Below, piece by piece: positions 38,052 to 47,679 of a stretch of DNA of 64,000 bases (positions are counted from its first letter, which is position 1; every line of letters starts with the position of its first letter). The position numbers and the translations under genes were made by a program. A model generated the notes under the pieces. It did not search any database. It was not told the origin of the DNA and saw only the letters and a program-made list of their open reading frames with translations. The DNA comes from a virus (lineage: Duplodnaviria; Heunggongvirae; Uroviricota; Caudoviricetes), in the IMG/VR virus record IMGVR_UViG_2854395284_000002, positions 27,638-91,637 of that record, one strand, 5' to 3'.

Positions 38052-38342
38052 CTATCTCTTTTTAATCCCGTACACTTCACATAAATCATCACTCATGTTT
38101 ACAATTTTAAAAAATCGTTTAGCAATTTCGTTAAACATATGTCCCTCGCAAATTGCATCTGCCATTTTGGGATTATATTCATATCCAATAAGTTTTTGAC
38201 ATTTTTTTACCATATCTTTATAAGGCTCATAATCCTCATTGGTTTTATTTAAAATTCTAATTCGACTCCGATAACATTTCTCTAATTCGCTATCTGTAAA
38301 ATCGCAAAATAAGTTTTTAAATTCTTTTTGTATATTCCTCAC
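38052..38342 (-). CDS. hypothetical protein
   Basis: 96 aa ORF. Confidence 0.4.
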   Translation of the reverse strand: MRNIQKEFKNLFCDFTDSELEKCYRSRIRILNKTNEDYEPYKDMVKKCQKLIGYEYNPKMADAICEGHMFNEIAKRFFKIVNMSDDLCEVYGIKKR

Positions 38343-38364
38343 TCCTCTGAAATTTCGATTTCAT

Positions 38365-39261
38365 TTATTTATTCTCTGTCACAATTCGCCTAAACGTCTC
38401 ATCTGTAGAATCTATCAGATCATATCTTTTATCCATTGGCGCTGTTGAACTTTTTGCAAATTTTCTTTCTACCATGTCAATATAATAAGTAAATTTTCCG
38501 TCATCGCCCATGTAAAATTCTTCCCATTCTTTGTCCGTAAAGAAACGTCGCATATTAAGCTGTTCGATGGCTAGATTGTCAAATGACACAACTTTGAATT
38601 TGTCGTAAATGTTACAGATGTTCTCTTTCAACCACATCTGTCTTACTACAATATTTTCATGATCTTCTGTATACCAATCAGTCCCTCTACGAAGCTGCTT
38701 ATAGCCAAGGATCAGCATCTTCAGATTATTATTCCCTAATGCTTCGATATCAGATGGTTTTAAGATACCATTAATGACATGAATTACTGCATTTGGATAT
38801 TGCTTAATTAGAGAAATAAATTTTTCCGTTGGATTGACAAGTGATACACCAAGACCGTAGATCAGTTTTTCATTAACTAATCTTTTTATCAGATCCTGTT
38901 TTTGTTCAAAATGAATCTGATTTACAGTAATATTCGCAATTACTTTTCGTTCTTTAAGTTTTTGTAGGAATGGAATTAAATCAGGATGTGTAGTGATATC
39001 ACCGCCACCGATTGCTACCTCCTGATATGGATGTAAAGTATCAATAAACTTTTCGTTCATAATATCTCCATGTTTCCCATCAGGAATACTATCTTCATGA
39101 CACATAAGACAATTTCGATCGCAACAATTTGTTATTTTGATATCCATATTTTCTGCAAAATCCGGAATAAACTCATCATCATTTGTTTTTCTGATCTTTG
39201 TCCCATCACTCAATATAAGAGTACGATAATTGCCATTTTTATAAGCTCCTAATAATTCCAT
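38365..39261 (-). CDS. radical SAM domain enzyme
   Basis: 298 aa. CDRNCLMC is a CxxxCxxC 4Fe-4S/SAM motif about 40 aa from the N-terminus. Glycine-rich AIGGGDITTHPD is a SAM-binding-like motif. Confidence 0.6.
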   Translation of the reverse strand: MELLGAYKNGNYRTLILSDGTKIRKTNDDEFIPDFAENMDIKITNCCDRNCLMCHEDSIPDGKHGDIMNEKFIDTLHPYQEVAIGGGDITTHPDLIPFLQKLKERKVIANITVNQIHFEQKQDLIKRLVNEKLIYGLGVSLVNPTEKFISLIKQYPNAVIHVINGILKPSDIEALGNNNLKMLILGYKQLRRGTDWYTEDHENIVVRQMWLKENICNIYDKFKVVSFDNLAIEQLNMRRFFTDKEWEEFYMGDDGKFTYYIDMVERKFAKSSTAPMDKRYDLIDSTDETFRRIVTENK

Positions 39262-39284
39262 TCCTATAATCCTCCTAAATTTTA

Positions 39285-39695
39285 TCAGCCGTCATATCCA
39301 TCATAGCCAAACGCAATAACAGTATCACCATTCTCTGTTGTGAATGATTCTTCAAAAGTTTCCCAATCTTCGCACCATTCATTCCAAAAATAGTCATAAT
39401 CATACCATTTATTTTCATGAAGAAAATCCAAAAGATCTCCTTCTGTGTCGTATGTAAAATTTGGATGATACTTGCTAGATTTTTCAAAGGTGATTGCTTC
39501 TTCTTTTGTATAAAAATGATTTTCTTGAGGTTTGTTGCCATCTGGATAAGCATAGCCACTTCCTCTAAATAGAAATACTTTTCCTTGTTCCCATTTATCA
39601 TAATCGCTTTTATTACACATCACGAGCGAGTGAACCGAGCTACTATTTGTTTCAAATGTTCCTTTTCTAATTTGTGTTTTCATCTTTCCCACCAT
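39285..39695 (-). CDS. hypothetical protein, paralog A (MKTQIRKGTFETNSSSVHSL family)
   Basis: 136 aa. Its N-terminal 25 residues are near-identical to the adjacent gene. Confidence 0.45.
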   Translation of the reverse strand: MVGKMKTQIRKGTFETNSSSVHSLVMCNKSDYDKWEQGKVFLFRGSGYAYPDGNKPQENHFYTKEEAITFEKSSKYHPNFTYDTEGDLLDFLHENKWYDYDYFWNEWCEDWETFEESFTTENGDTVIAFGYDGYDG

Positions 39696-40426
39696 TCCCC
39701 TTCTGGATATTCATGATCAATTGCATTCATATTGATTAAACCTGCTTCTTTCATTCCAGAAAAATAGCATGTTTCATCTCCATCCTGAATTACTACATAT
39801 TTTTTGTTAGAAATAAACTCTTCTAATGTGATATTCTCTTTTTTTAAAAATCCACTAAGGATATCTTCATCCACAGAACCAGTATCTGGAATATTGAATC
39901 TCCAGGATTCATTTTCTGAATCAGTCCAATAATTAATTTCAATTCCATATTGTTCTTCTTTGTCAGAAAGAAACTTGTTTAACTCTTCTTCCGTCATTCC
40001 TTCCTGGTAATAATTGTCTGCATTATATTCTTCGTTATCTTTATTCGGAATATATTTACATTTTTTTGGAAGTTCAATTTTCTTTAATGTCGGCACATAT
40101 TTCTTAACAATTCGTAATAATTCTTTATATGTATCATCATTATATTCTTCAACCAACGAAGCACAAGCATATAGCCATTTATCAGAAAAACTTGCTAATG
40201 CCCTAAATGGAGATCTTCCAAAATATAAATCTTCCTCATATGGTATCCAAATACAATTTTTCTCTCCTGTTTTTGAATCATCCCATAACCACATATCATG
40301 AGTAATTTCTTGTGGAGTATATTTACCTTCATTTTTCATCACGCAAAGCGAATGCATACTTGATGAATTTGATTCAAACACACCCATTCTAATTTGAGTT
40401 TTCATATTTTCTTTTCTCCTATTCAA
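39680..40426 (-). CDS. hypothetical protein, paralog B (MKTQIRMGVFESNSSSMHSL family)
   Basis: 248 aa. Shares the conserved N-terminal block with 39285..39695. Its C-terminus is divergent. Confidence 0.45.
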   Translation of the reverse strand: MNRRKENMKTQIRMGVFESNSSSMHSLCVMKNEGKYTPQEITHDMWLWDDSKTGEKNCIWIPYEEDLYFGRSPFRALASFSDKWLYACASLVEEYNDDTYKELLRIVKKYVPTLKKIELPKKCKYIPNKDNEEYNADNYYQEGMTEEELNKFLSDKEEQYGIEINYWTDSENESWRFNIPDTGSVDEDILSGFLKKENITLEEFISNKKYVVIQDGDETCYFSGMKEAGLINMNAIDHEYPEGEWWER

Positions 40427-40730
40427 AAATACAAATCATACCATTATTATCGACACCTGAAGTCTCATCAAAATAAATATAGGGCCATGAAATCCCTGAA
40501 ATAACGTCAAAATTCATATCATGTATAGCAATTTCTTTATCACCATATTTCTCCATCGCTTTCTGTAGTAGTTCGATAAAATCCGAAATTTTATATACAT
40601 TGTCTTTATCGAATGTCAACGCTTTTGTTATATGTCCATCAAGACATTCGAAATCTTCCTCGATAATCTTATTCATCCATATCTCCTCTACAAATTTTAT
40701 TAGCATTTTCTTTACCGTACACAACTTCAT
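40419..40730 (-). CDS. hypothetical protein
   Basis: 103 aa ORF. The start probably lies at an internal Met. Confidence 0.35.
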   Translation of the reverse strand: MKLCTVKKMLIKFVEEIWMNKIIEEDFECLDGHITKALTFDKDNVYKISDFIELLQKAMEKYGDKEIAIHDMNFDVISGISWPYIYFDETSGVDNNGMICIFE

Positions 40731-40947
40731 CGGCCAGTTTTCGAGAAATACGACTAACCTGCTTTAATCCCTCTCTGATAATTGTTCCGCTTGGCTGCTG
40801 ATGATCTTTGATAAATCCGATCCACTGATCTTCGTTTAGAATGTTTCTTTCACTTTCATATACTACTGCATAGCCTAGTTCCCGTTTTGCAAGGCAAAGT
40901 GTGTTGATCATGCAGTCGATATCATCTAATACATCTTTAATCGGCAT
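40669..40947 (-). CDS. hypothetical protein
   Basis: 92 aa ORF. Confidence 0.4.
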   Translation of the reverse strand: MPIKDVLDDIDCMINTLCLAKRELGYAVVYESERNILNEDQWIGFIKDHQQPSGTIIREGLKQVSRISRKLADEVVYGKENANKICRGDMDE

Positions 40948-41112
40948 TGGTTTTTGTCCTCTCTTTATGTAAATAGTTATATGTTTCTATGTAAGATTAT
41001 TCTCCTATGATCCGTTTATAAAAAGCGTTCTACAATTTATATTCTTAATAGGTTAGAATTGATTGTAGAACGCTCATGATGGTGAATTGTTGTGGTTATT
41101 TTAGAATGCAAA

Positions 41113-41907
41113 TCAGTCTAAATATGATTTCAGACCACTTTCAAAATATGGAATTGGTCTTCTCTTGAATCTGTATTTTTCAACCCTTGCATCGATAATA
41201 GCTTTTACTGCAGCATCATCAATTTCACCTGTTCTTGCATACCGATCGAATACAGAATATTTAAATCCAAGAGCGCTTTCATCAGAAGATCCACATAATC
41301 CGTCTGACGGCGTTTTGTCAACCATCTTTTTCAGTAGAATCGTCTCATATCCAATAGCTTTTACTTCCTGTACTGTGAAATCCTTTAATGGTGCAAAGTC
41401 TCCTACTGCATCGCCCCAGCGAGTTTCCCAAGATAAGAGTGTTTCCGAAAGATTGCATGTATTAGCAACTCGTCCATTCATACTCTGTGAAATTGCATAA
41501 AGTGTTGCCATTCTGATTCGAGGAGGCAGATTAATTGATGTCTGTTTTGACCAATGATCACCAATTTGTGGTCTGATTTCGTGCTTTAGCGCAAGAATTG
41601 CTGGATGAATATCTACAGTACAGTATTCAATACCTAAATGTTTAGCAACTTCATAGGCATCTTCAATATCTGTCTGTTCTCCGTCTGGCATGAGCACACC
41701 TAAAACTCTATTCTTTCCAAGAGCTTCCACACAGAGAGCCGCAACAATGCTTGAATCTTTACCCCCTGAAAGACCTACTGTGGCAATACAATCTTTCCCA
41801 TTCTGCTCAAAGAACATTTTAATCCACTCGACAATCTTATTTTTTGTTTCTTTTGCATCAAAAGTATACATATCTATTCTCCTCTCCTTTACTGATTTAA
41901 TTTCCAC
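41113..41907 (-). CDS. nadE: NH3-dependent NAD+ synthetase (PP-loop ATP pyrophosphatase)
   Basis: 264 aa. PP-loop VGLSGGKDSS (SGGxDS). The size and layout match single-domain NadE. Confidence 0.8.
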   Translation of the reverse strand: MEIKSVKERRIDMYTFDAKETKNKIVEWIKMFFEQNGKDCIATVGLSGGKDSSIVAALCVEALGKNRVLGVLMPDGEQTDIEDAYEVAKHLGIEYCTVDIHPAILALKHEIRPQIGDHWSKQTSINLPPRIRMATLYAISQSMNGRVANTCNLSETLLSWETRWGDAVGDFAPLKDFTVQEVKAIGYETILLKKMVDKTPSDGLCGSSDESALGFKYSVFDRYARTGEIDDAAVKAIIDARVEKYRFKRRPIPYFESGLKSYLD

Positions 41908-42407
41908 AGTTCAACATGAGTATCAAGTTCATTAAAAATCTTCTGTATCATTGAATATACTTCGTCCCAATCTGCTCCACCACGATCACAGCCGATCTTA
42001 TATGGCATAGCAATTGTTGCACTAAAATTATTGTTCCTTTCATGTGCTTTCCAACACATAGTTCTAAAACACTTTTCTAATGCTTCCAGAGAAGTATATT
42101 GTTTTCCGTCATATCCATAGTTATCTTGTGCAAAGAAATTACAAATCCACTGTTCATTACTTGGAATTGCAATCGATCCACAGTCGTATCCAATATATTT
42201 TGGCTTGACTGGTACAATTTGTACTTTCCCCAGCATATCCGATGATGCTACCTTTTTATATTCTTCGTATACATGTGGAAATCGCTGTCTGACCTGCAAA
42301 GCCACGCCAGATCCCATCTTTCCCATACAATTTACCTGATGACAAATAAATTTTGCATCCGTATCAAATAAATTTCCTTCGATAATTTCAATCATGATTT
42401 TCTCCAT
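41889..42407 (-). CDS. macro domain protein (ADP-ribose / Appr-1-pp binding or hydrolase)
   Basis: 172 aa. N-terminal IIEGNLFDTDAKFICHQVNCMGKMGSGVALQV matches the macro-domain binding-loop pattern (vNaaN...G.GGGVa.aI). Confidence 0.65.
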   Translation of the reverse strand: MEKIMIEIIEGNLFDTDAKFICHQVNCMGKMGSGVALQVRQRFPHVYEEYKKVASSDMLGKVQIVPVKPKYIGYDCGSIAIPSNEQWICNFFAQDNYGYDGKQYTSLEALEKCFRTMCWKAHERNNNFSATIAMPYKIGCDRGGADWDEVYSMIQKIFNELDTHVELWKLNQ

Positions 42408-43860
42408 TTAGTCTTTCACGAATCTCTTCAAAAGTCTGTTCTTTTACTAATTCTCCATCTTTAAAGACGAGTTTCAGTTCATTTTCTTCTGGCATTGTAT
42501 CTTCTGCATAACCATCATGACACACGAATTTATTTTCTTCTTTTACTACACAGCAAAGTCCTTTATGAGATTTCTTCAGATTATTTTTATCTGTTTTTGG
42601 ATTCTTCTGAATGGTATATTCTTTGCCATCAATTACACAATAAGTGCTCTTCATTGCAAATCCAAAAGTATCTCTTGTTAAGCAAACCATTCCATCTTCT
42701 GGCGTACACATTGCAGAGAAAGAAAACGCACCTACTCCAAAAAGAATCGCATCTGCTGCAAATCCTAATCCTTCAAGCTGTGTCCAAATCTCTTTGATCT
42801 TACTGTACTGACAACCATCTCCGTAAATGATTCCAATCTTTGGATTTAACTCCTTATAACCTTTTGAGTTTACAGTTCCACCAAAAATCTGATATAATTT
42901 CTGAACAGTTTTTACTGAAATTTCAACGATATCGCCGCTATCAGGACGTACAAGGAATTTGCCATTATGCTCTTCGATTTCTTTTCTCAGTTTTGGAAGT
43001 GTTTCGTCAATAAGGTTCCAGTAATCAAATGTATCAGAGACATAACTGAAAGATGTATTCTTATATGTATCAGTCAGTAATCTTCTTAACAGATTTTCTT
43101 CTGTCTCGCATACAGCCAGATTACTGCATACGGTTGCATGTTCCAGGCTAACTGCTCCAATACCAATATGGTTCTTAGCACAATCAGCATCGTACATTTT
43201 ATCAATATACTGAGTTGCAGGAATTGTAGAAGTTTTATTGAAAGATAGCAGCCATGAAGAACTTGCATGAACTCCGTTCTCAATGCCGAGTCCTCTGAAT
43301 CCAAAATCCGCCATAGCCATTGCAGGATTAGCACCATCTGTAGTTTTCTCGTAAAATTCATTTGCAAGTGTTTTATATTTATGACCTACAGTTGCCCAGT
43401 TGCATGTCCCAAAAATAAAAGACTGCATAATGCATTCCAGCCATTGTACCGTCCATGCGAAATCTGGATGTGCGTTACTCATCTCGATACACGGGACTCC
43501 CATTGTTACAACAGATCCTTCTGGAAGAGCTTTGATCTCTACAGGTAAATACTGCAGATCCCATAATTTTTCGATACGTCCAAGATCATAACTCTGAGAA
43601 CCGATCTGATTATCCAGATATTCTTTATATTCTGCAATAACTTCTTTTTTTGGTCTTTTGAAGAAAGTTTCATTTGCTAAATCAATCATATATTCCTTAA
43701 TAAAACCCTGTAATCCAAAGAATACAACTTCATTCAGATTTTTGAACATTGATTTTCTAGGAGTAATATAAGAAGTTAATTTTGTAAGACCCTTTGGAAG
43801 AGCATCAGGATTTGTATTTTTATATGTATCTGCCATCAGCATAAAAGAAATGTTTCTCAT
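42388..43860 (-). CDS. Nampt/NAPRT-family phosphoribosyltransferase (Nampt or Namat-type)
   Basis: About 490 aa from the ATG at 43860 (RBS GGAGGTC; the listed ORF starts further upstream at 43947 and overlaps prs). LMADTYKNTNP and ADFGFRGLGIENG match the Nampt N-terminal TDSYK motif and the FGFRGVSS motif. Confidence 0.75.
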   Translation of the reverse strand: MRNISFMLMADTYKNTNPDALPKGLTKLTSYITPRKSMFKNLNEVVFFGLQGFIKEYMIDLANETFFKRPKKEVIAEYKEYLDNQIGSQSYDLGRIEKLWDLQYLPVEIKALPEGSVVTMGVPCIEMSNAHPDFAWTVQWLECIMQSFIFGTCNWATVGHKYKTLANEFYEKTTDGANPAMAMADFGFRGLGIENGVHASSSWLLSFNKTSTIPATQYIDKMYDADCAKNHIGIGAVSLEHATVCSNLAVCETEENLLRRLLTDTYKNTSFSYVSDTFDYWNLIDETLPKLRKEIEEHNGKFLVRPDSGDIVEISVKTVQKLYQIFGGTVNSKGYKELNPKIGIIYGDGCQYSKIKEIWTQLEGLGFAADAILFGVGAFSFSAMCTPEDGMVCLTRDTFGFAMKSTYCVIDGKEYTIQKNPKTDKNNLKKSHKGLCCVVKEENKFVCHDGYAEDTMPEENELKLVFKDGELVKEQTFEEIRERLNGENHD

Positions 43861-43861
43861 T

Positions 43862-44692
43862 TTAGACCTCCATAACTGTGATTTTATCGTGTTTTCCTGT
43901 GAAAAGACTGTCTGTTGTAAATAATCTTTCAACTGTTCCATCTTCAAGTGATTTGATTAATGTTCCTTTTTCTCTATCAAGAACTGAATTTTCGGTATGT
44001 GATGCATAAGCATAAATTCTATCTACACCACGTTCTTTCAACGCTTTTGCACTATAATATAAAGAACCGCCATATGAAATGATGTCATCAATCATCAAAA
44101 CTTTTTTACCTTTAAGATCAATATCGTTATCTCTGATTTTGAGTCCAAGAATTTTTCCTGTATTCCAATCTCGATTTTTCTCACCATAGCAATACGGAAT
44201 GTCAGAAAACAATCCAGAATATCTTTTCGAACTGCCGGCATCCGGAAAATAAAGAATAAGATTTTCTTTACTAATCTGCTCAATTACTTCATCAATATAT
44301 TCTCTTGGATTAAAAACATATACTCTATTCAAAAGCGCTGCTCCAACATTACTATGAACATCAAGTACCTCTACTCTATCAAATTCGAGCCAATTAATAA
44401 CATCAGAGAACCCTTTTAATGTAAAAACCTCGCCCTGATCATGGATTCTGTCCATTCTGGCATTCGGAAGATAAAACATTGTAAGATCAATTGATTTAAT
44501 ATATGGAAAATTTTTTAAATGTTTTGTAATATAAATCAGCGCTGAAAGTTCTTCTTCTTTCTCATACTTCCATGTAATGTTGTTATATTTCTGATAAAAA
44601 CAATCGTCTAATACGATTCTCTGTGTTCCATCTGGAAAGTGTTCTACTTTTACTTCTTTCCCATTTAAAATGATCATATCTTTATTCTCCAA
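43862..44692 (-). CDS. ribose-phosphate pyrophosphokinase family enzyme (Prs or ADPR-pyrophosphate synthetase Adps type)
   Basis: 276 aa. HFPDGTQ (Prs FSDGE) and the PRPP-binding loop GKKVLMIDDIISYGGSLYYSAKALKERG. Its stop lies 1 nt before the ATG of the Nampt-family gene. Confidence 0.8.
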   Translation of the reverse strand: MENKDMIILNGKEVKVEHFPDGTQRIVLDDCFYQKYNNITWKYEKEEELSALIYITKHLKNFPYIKSIDLTMFYLPNARMDRIHDQGEVFTLKGFSDVINWLEFDRVEVLDVHSNVGAALLNRVYVFNPREYIDEVIEQISKENLILYFPDAGSSKRYSGLFSDIPYCYGEKNRDWNTGKILGLKIRDNDIDLKGKKVLMIDDIISYGGSLYYSAKALKERGVDRIYAYASHTENSVLDREKGTLIKSLEDGTVERLFTTDSLFTGKHDKITVMEV

Positions 44693-45194
44693 TCACATTA
44701 ATCTGGCAGCTTTTCATGGCTTCGAGTGCCGCCTTATGTTTTTCTGGTGTAGATCCCGCGCAACAGCCTGCGTCTACTGTAATTTCCGTATTTGGAAACA
44801 TAGCTTTAAGGACTAATGCATTTGAAATTACACATATATCCGTACACAAACCGACCAGATCGATATCACCATCTCCAATCCATGTCATATTTCTCCACTG
44901 CAAAGTTCCAAAAGTACTTTTGTTTACATATTTGCAGTTAGGAACCTCAATGTCGCTCACAACCTTCCATCCTCTTGTTCCAAAAACACAATGTTTTACT
45001 GGAAGTTTTCTTCCCTCCAGAGTATTTAAGTAATCGTCATAATGCGTATCTCTTGTAAAAATAATTTGATCTCCACGATTATAATACTCTTCAATTTTCT
45101 TTTTCACATTCGGAATAATCGCCTGTGCTTCTTCCGATCCAAGGCTACCATTTACGAAATCATTCTGCACATCTACTACAATTAAAGTTCTCAT
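44682..45194 (-). CDS. isochorismatase-family hydrolase, nicotinamidase (PncA)-like
   Basis: 170 aa. LIVVDVQNDF and GLCTDICV are the catalytic Asp and Cys blocks of PncA-type enzymes. Confidence 0.65.
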   Translation of the reverse strand: MRTLIVVDVQNDFVNGSLGSEEAQAIIPNVKKKIEEYYNRGDQIIFTRDTHYDDYLNTLEGRKLPVKHCVFGTRGWKVVSDIEVPNCKYVNKSTFGTLQWRNMTWIGDGDIDLVGLCTDICVISNALVLKAMFPNTEITVDAGCCAGSTPEKHKAALEAMKSCQINVIGE

Positions 45195-45397
45195 TGTTTA
45201 TTCTCCTCTCTTACTTCGTCAAATCTCTTTACCCAGTCCTCAAATGACACATCGTCTCCCACTGTGCCATCGTATTTACACATCCAATATAGAGTTTTCT
45301 TTCTCTCGTATTCCAAGTCATCTCTTAAATTATGAATAATTGACTGAGCAAAATCTTTCATGTGATTGTATTCGCTTTTTAAGACTAATCCAAACAT
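45191..45397 (-). CDS. hypothetical small protein
   Basis: 68 aa ORF. Confidence 0.35.
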   Translation of the reverse strand: MFGLVLKSEYNHMKDFAQSIIHNLRDDLEYERKKTLYWMCKYDGTVGDDVSFEDWVKRFDEVREENKQ

Positions 45398-45777
45398 TAA
45401 ATTTCCTCTTTATCTTCTGCAAGTTTATTCCAGACACTTGCAATTTCTGACATCACTTCTTCTACGGTTTTGCCATCCGTTGAAATTCCTAATCTATCAA
45501 GATATTCCTTTAATTCAGACATCGTGTTTTCCATTATTTTTTTCTCACTTTCCAAAATTTTAGTAATCGTTACTAATTTCTAATTTCGATTCTTTTTCGA
45601 ATCTATCTACATATTCTCTGACACGTTCGTATGCTGCAGGAACACTAATATGTTCTTTCAGTAAAAGTTCTTCTACAGCTGCTCGTTCAATAAGAATTTT
45701 TCGATCGTGTTCTTCTTGCGTCATAATAATCACCTTATAAGTTTGGCTGACCAGTTTTATACCAGCCAGCCATTTTT

Positions 45778-46158
45778 TTAATCTAATTCACCAAGCATTT
45801 TCTGCAAATCTTCAACGGACGCATTTCGAAGTGCCTCGTCCTGCTTAGTAGCAATGATCTGCATAATTTTCTGTTTCTTCTCTTTACGTTCTGCAGCTTC
45901 CTGCCGATTCTTTTTCTCTTCCAGTTTCTCATTAAAGATATATTTTACAATCTCAATCTTGGTCGCAAGAATATCATCTTCCTCGGATTTGGTCTGAAGC
46001 AGACTTTCTTCATCCGTCTTCTTTACTTCTGCATTCAGCGTCTTAAACACTGTATCCAGCGATCCAAGCGGAAGATCATATAAATCTTCTACTACAATCT
46101 GTCCCTTATACGGGAAACGATATTTACCTTTTACTGCTTTTTCAAACATATTACTCAT
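45778..46158 (-). CDS. hypothetical coiled-coil protein
   Basis: 126 aa ORF. Confidence 0.4.
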   Translation of the reverse strand: MSNMFEKAVKGKYRFPYKGQIVVEDLYDLPLGSLDTVFKTLNAEVKKTDEESLLQTKSEEDDILATKIEIVKYIFNEKLEEKKNRQEAAERKEKKQKIMQIIATKQDEALRNASVEDLQKMLGELD

Positions 46159-46176
46159 AATATTATTCTCCTTTCT

Positions 46177-47679
46177 TTACGCTGCATTTCCATTTTTAAC
46201 AAGATAATTCTCAAAATCACGCTTCATGAATCTGAAATTCACCCCCTGGTTGGAACTATATTCATCATCAGCACTCTGATATTCTCCGATCCACTGTTCA
46301 AATTCCTGATCTTGATTGTTCTGTGCTGCGTAAACCATAAGTGCAATTAATGCAGTTTTACACTGCTGATATACATTCACTGATACTTTTGTATCCTGAA
46401 GACATTCGTTATAAAATTCGATATCTTGCGGATCTACTTTTTCGTTTACATGCGTATGTACAAAATCAATATCATTTTGATCAATACTATCGTCAACGCC
46501 AATAATCTCAGGTTCTTCGTTTGCGGAAATTTCCGATGATTCTTTAGTACTTTCACACTCAATATCTTCATTAGTATTATTCTCTTCGATATGTAAAAAT
46601 TTCACTAACAATGTATGTAAATAGTCAATTTTCTGCCGAATCACTTTTTTATCTTTTGTATGCTTGTCTTGCTCAATCTCGATCCAGTCCGTATCATTTA
46701 CTTTGACTTCTTTCATATCATTAAAAGCTAACAGGAATTTTCCAAAATCTTCTACTGAAATTCCTTCATCCAAAGCTTTTTTCATGAGTGCTAACCATGC
46801 CATAAAATCTTTTGATACAAACAATTCTGCAACCTCTGTATGATCGAGTTTATCTGCATAAGGAATTAACATATTAAAATATTTATCCAGTGTATCAAAT
46901 TCTTCCGTCATTGCATTTTCATTGAGGAATTTACATATATCTCTTGGAGCCTTCTTCCATTCTTCCAAATGAAACATAGCCATGACACATTCGATAATTA
47001 CTCTTTCCCAAATTCCTTTCTTTTTATCTAATTCATTCAGCATTGTGCAATCTTTAAGAAAGCGATTTTTGTCTTTGATCTGTTTAACTCTATCAGCAAA
47101 TGTGCCAATATAAGTAAAAGCTTTCTGACTTACGTTCATTGGAATGGTTGAGTTGTATAACATAACCAAATCGCAAGTATCTTCTGGTGTACATTCCTGG
47201 TAAATTGCGGCAGATAACTGACATGATCTCATTCTCTTTTTTAACTCAGGAGGGAAATCATTGTACGTTTTGTTTACCAAATCAAATGTTTTTATTTCTT
47301 TAATCAGTTTCCCATTTTCATCTCTTATTGGCTTCCCGTTTTTGTCCAATTTATTTCCCTGATATGTTACGTATCTGTTCCGGATTGATTTAGAAATTTT
47401 ATGTCCATCAAAGATAAATCGTCTTAAGGCTTCTGTTCTCTGTCCACCATCTACCACATATGTGACAGTAATTCCATCCTCTCTTTTTTCTTCTGCAAGA
47501 ATAATATTTGGAATATAAATCCGTTTCTGAGATACAGTGCTGTAAATCAAATTATTGATCATCTCATTTGACCAGCAAAATGCTCTCTGAACCGCCTGAT
47601 CAACAGTGATGGTTTCTTCATCAACACTATCAACATAAGCTCCTACACCCATCTGTTCGATTCTGTATTCGTCTAACAT
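46177..47679 (-). CDS. DUF262 (ParB/sulfiredoxin-fold, GmrSD N-terminal-like) domain protein
   Basis: 500 aa. AVQRAFCWSNEMINNLIYST...YIPNIIL...YVVDGGQRTEAL matches the DUF262 DGQQR core. Acidic C-terminus. No HNH/DUF1524 module seen. Confidence 0.55.
   Translation of the reverse strand: MLDEYRIEQMGVGAYVDSVDEETITVDQAVQRAFCWSNEMINNLIYSTVSQKRIYIPNIILAEEKREDGITVTYVVDGGQRTEALRRFIFDGHKISKSIRNRYVTYQGNKLDKNGKPIRDENGKLIKEIKTFDLVNKTYNDFPPELKKRMRSCQLSAAIYQECTPEDTCDLVMLYNSTIPMNVSQKAFTYIGTFADRVKQIKDKNRFLKDCTMLNELDKKKGIWERVIIECVMAMFHLEEWKKAPRDICKFLNENAMTEEFDTLDKYFNMLIPYADKLDHTEVAELFVSKDFMAWLALMKKALDEGISVEDFGKFLLAFNDMKEVKVNDTDWIEIEQDKHTKDKKVIRQKIDYLHTLLVKFLHIEENNTNEDIECESTKESSEISANEEPEIIGVDDSIDQNDIDFVHTHVNEKVDPQDIEFYNECLQDTKVSVNVYQQCKTALIALMVYAAQNNQDQEFEQWIGEYQSADDEYSSNQGVNFRFMKRDFENYLVKNGNAA

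Noticed and set aside
45735-45775. Hairpin TGGCTG...CAGCCA followed by T7 on the plus strand, read as a terminator.
   Set aside because: It is oriented for plus-strand transcription where nothing is transcribed. On the minus strand it is preceded rather than followed by the T-run. Probably fortuitous, or a weak bidirectional element.
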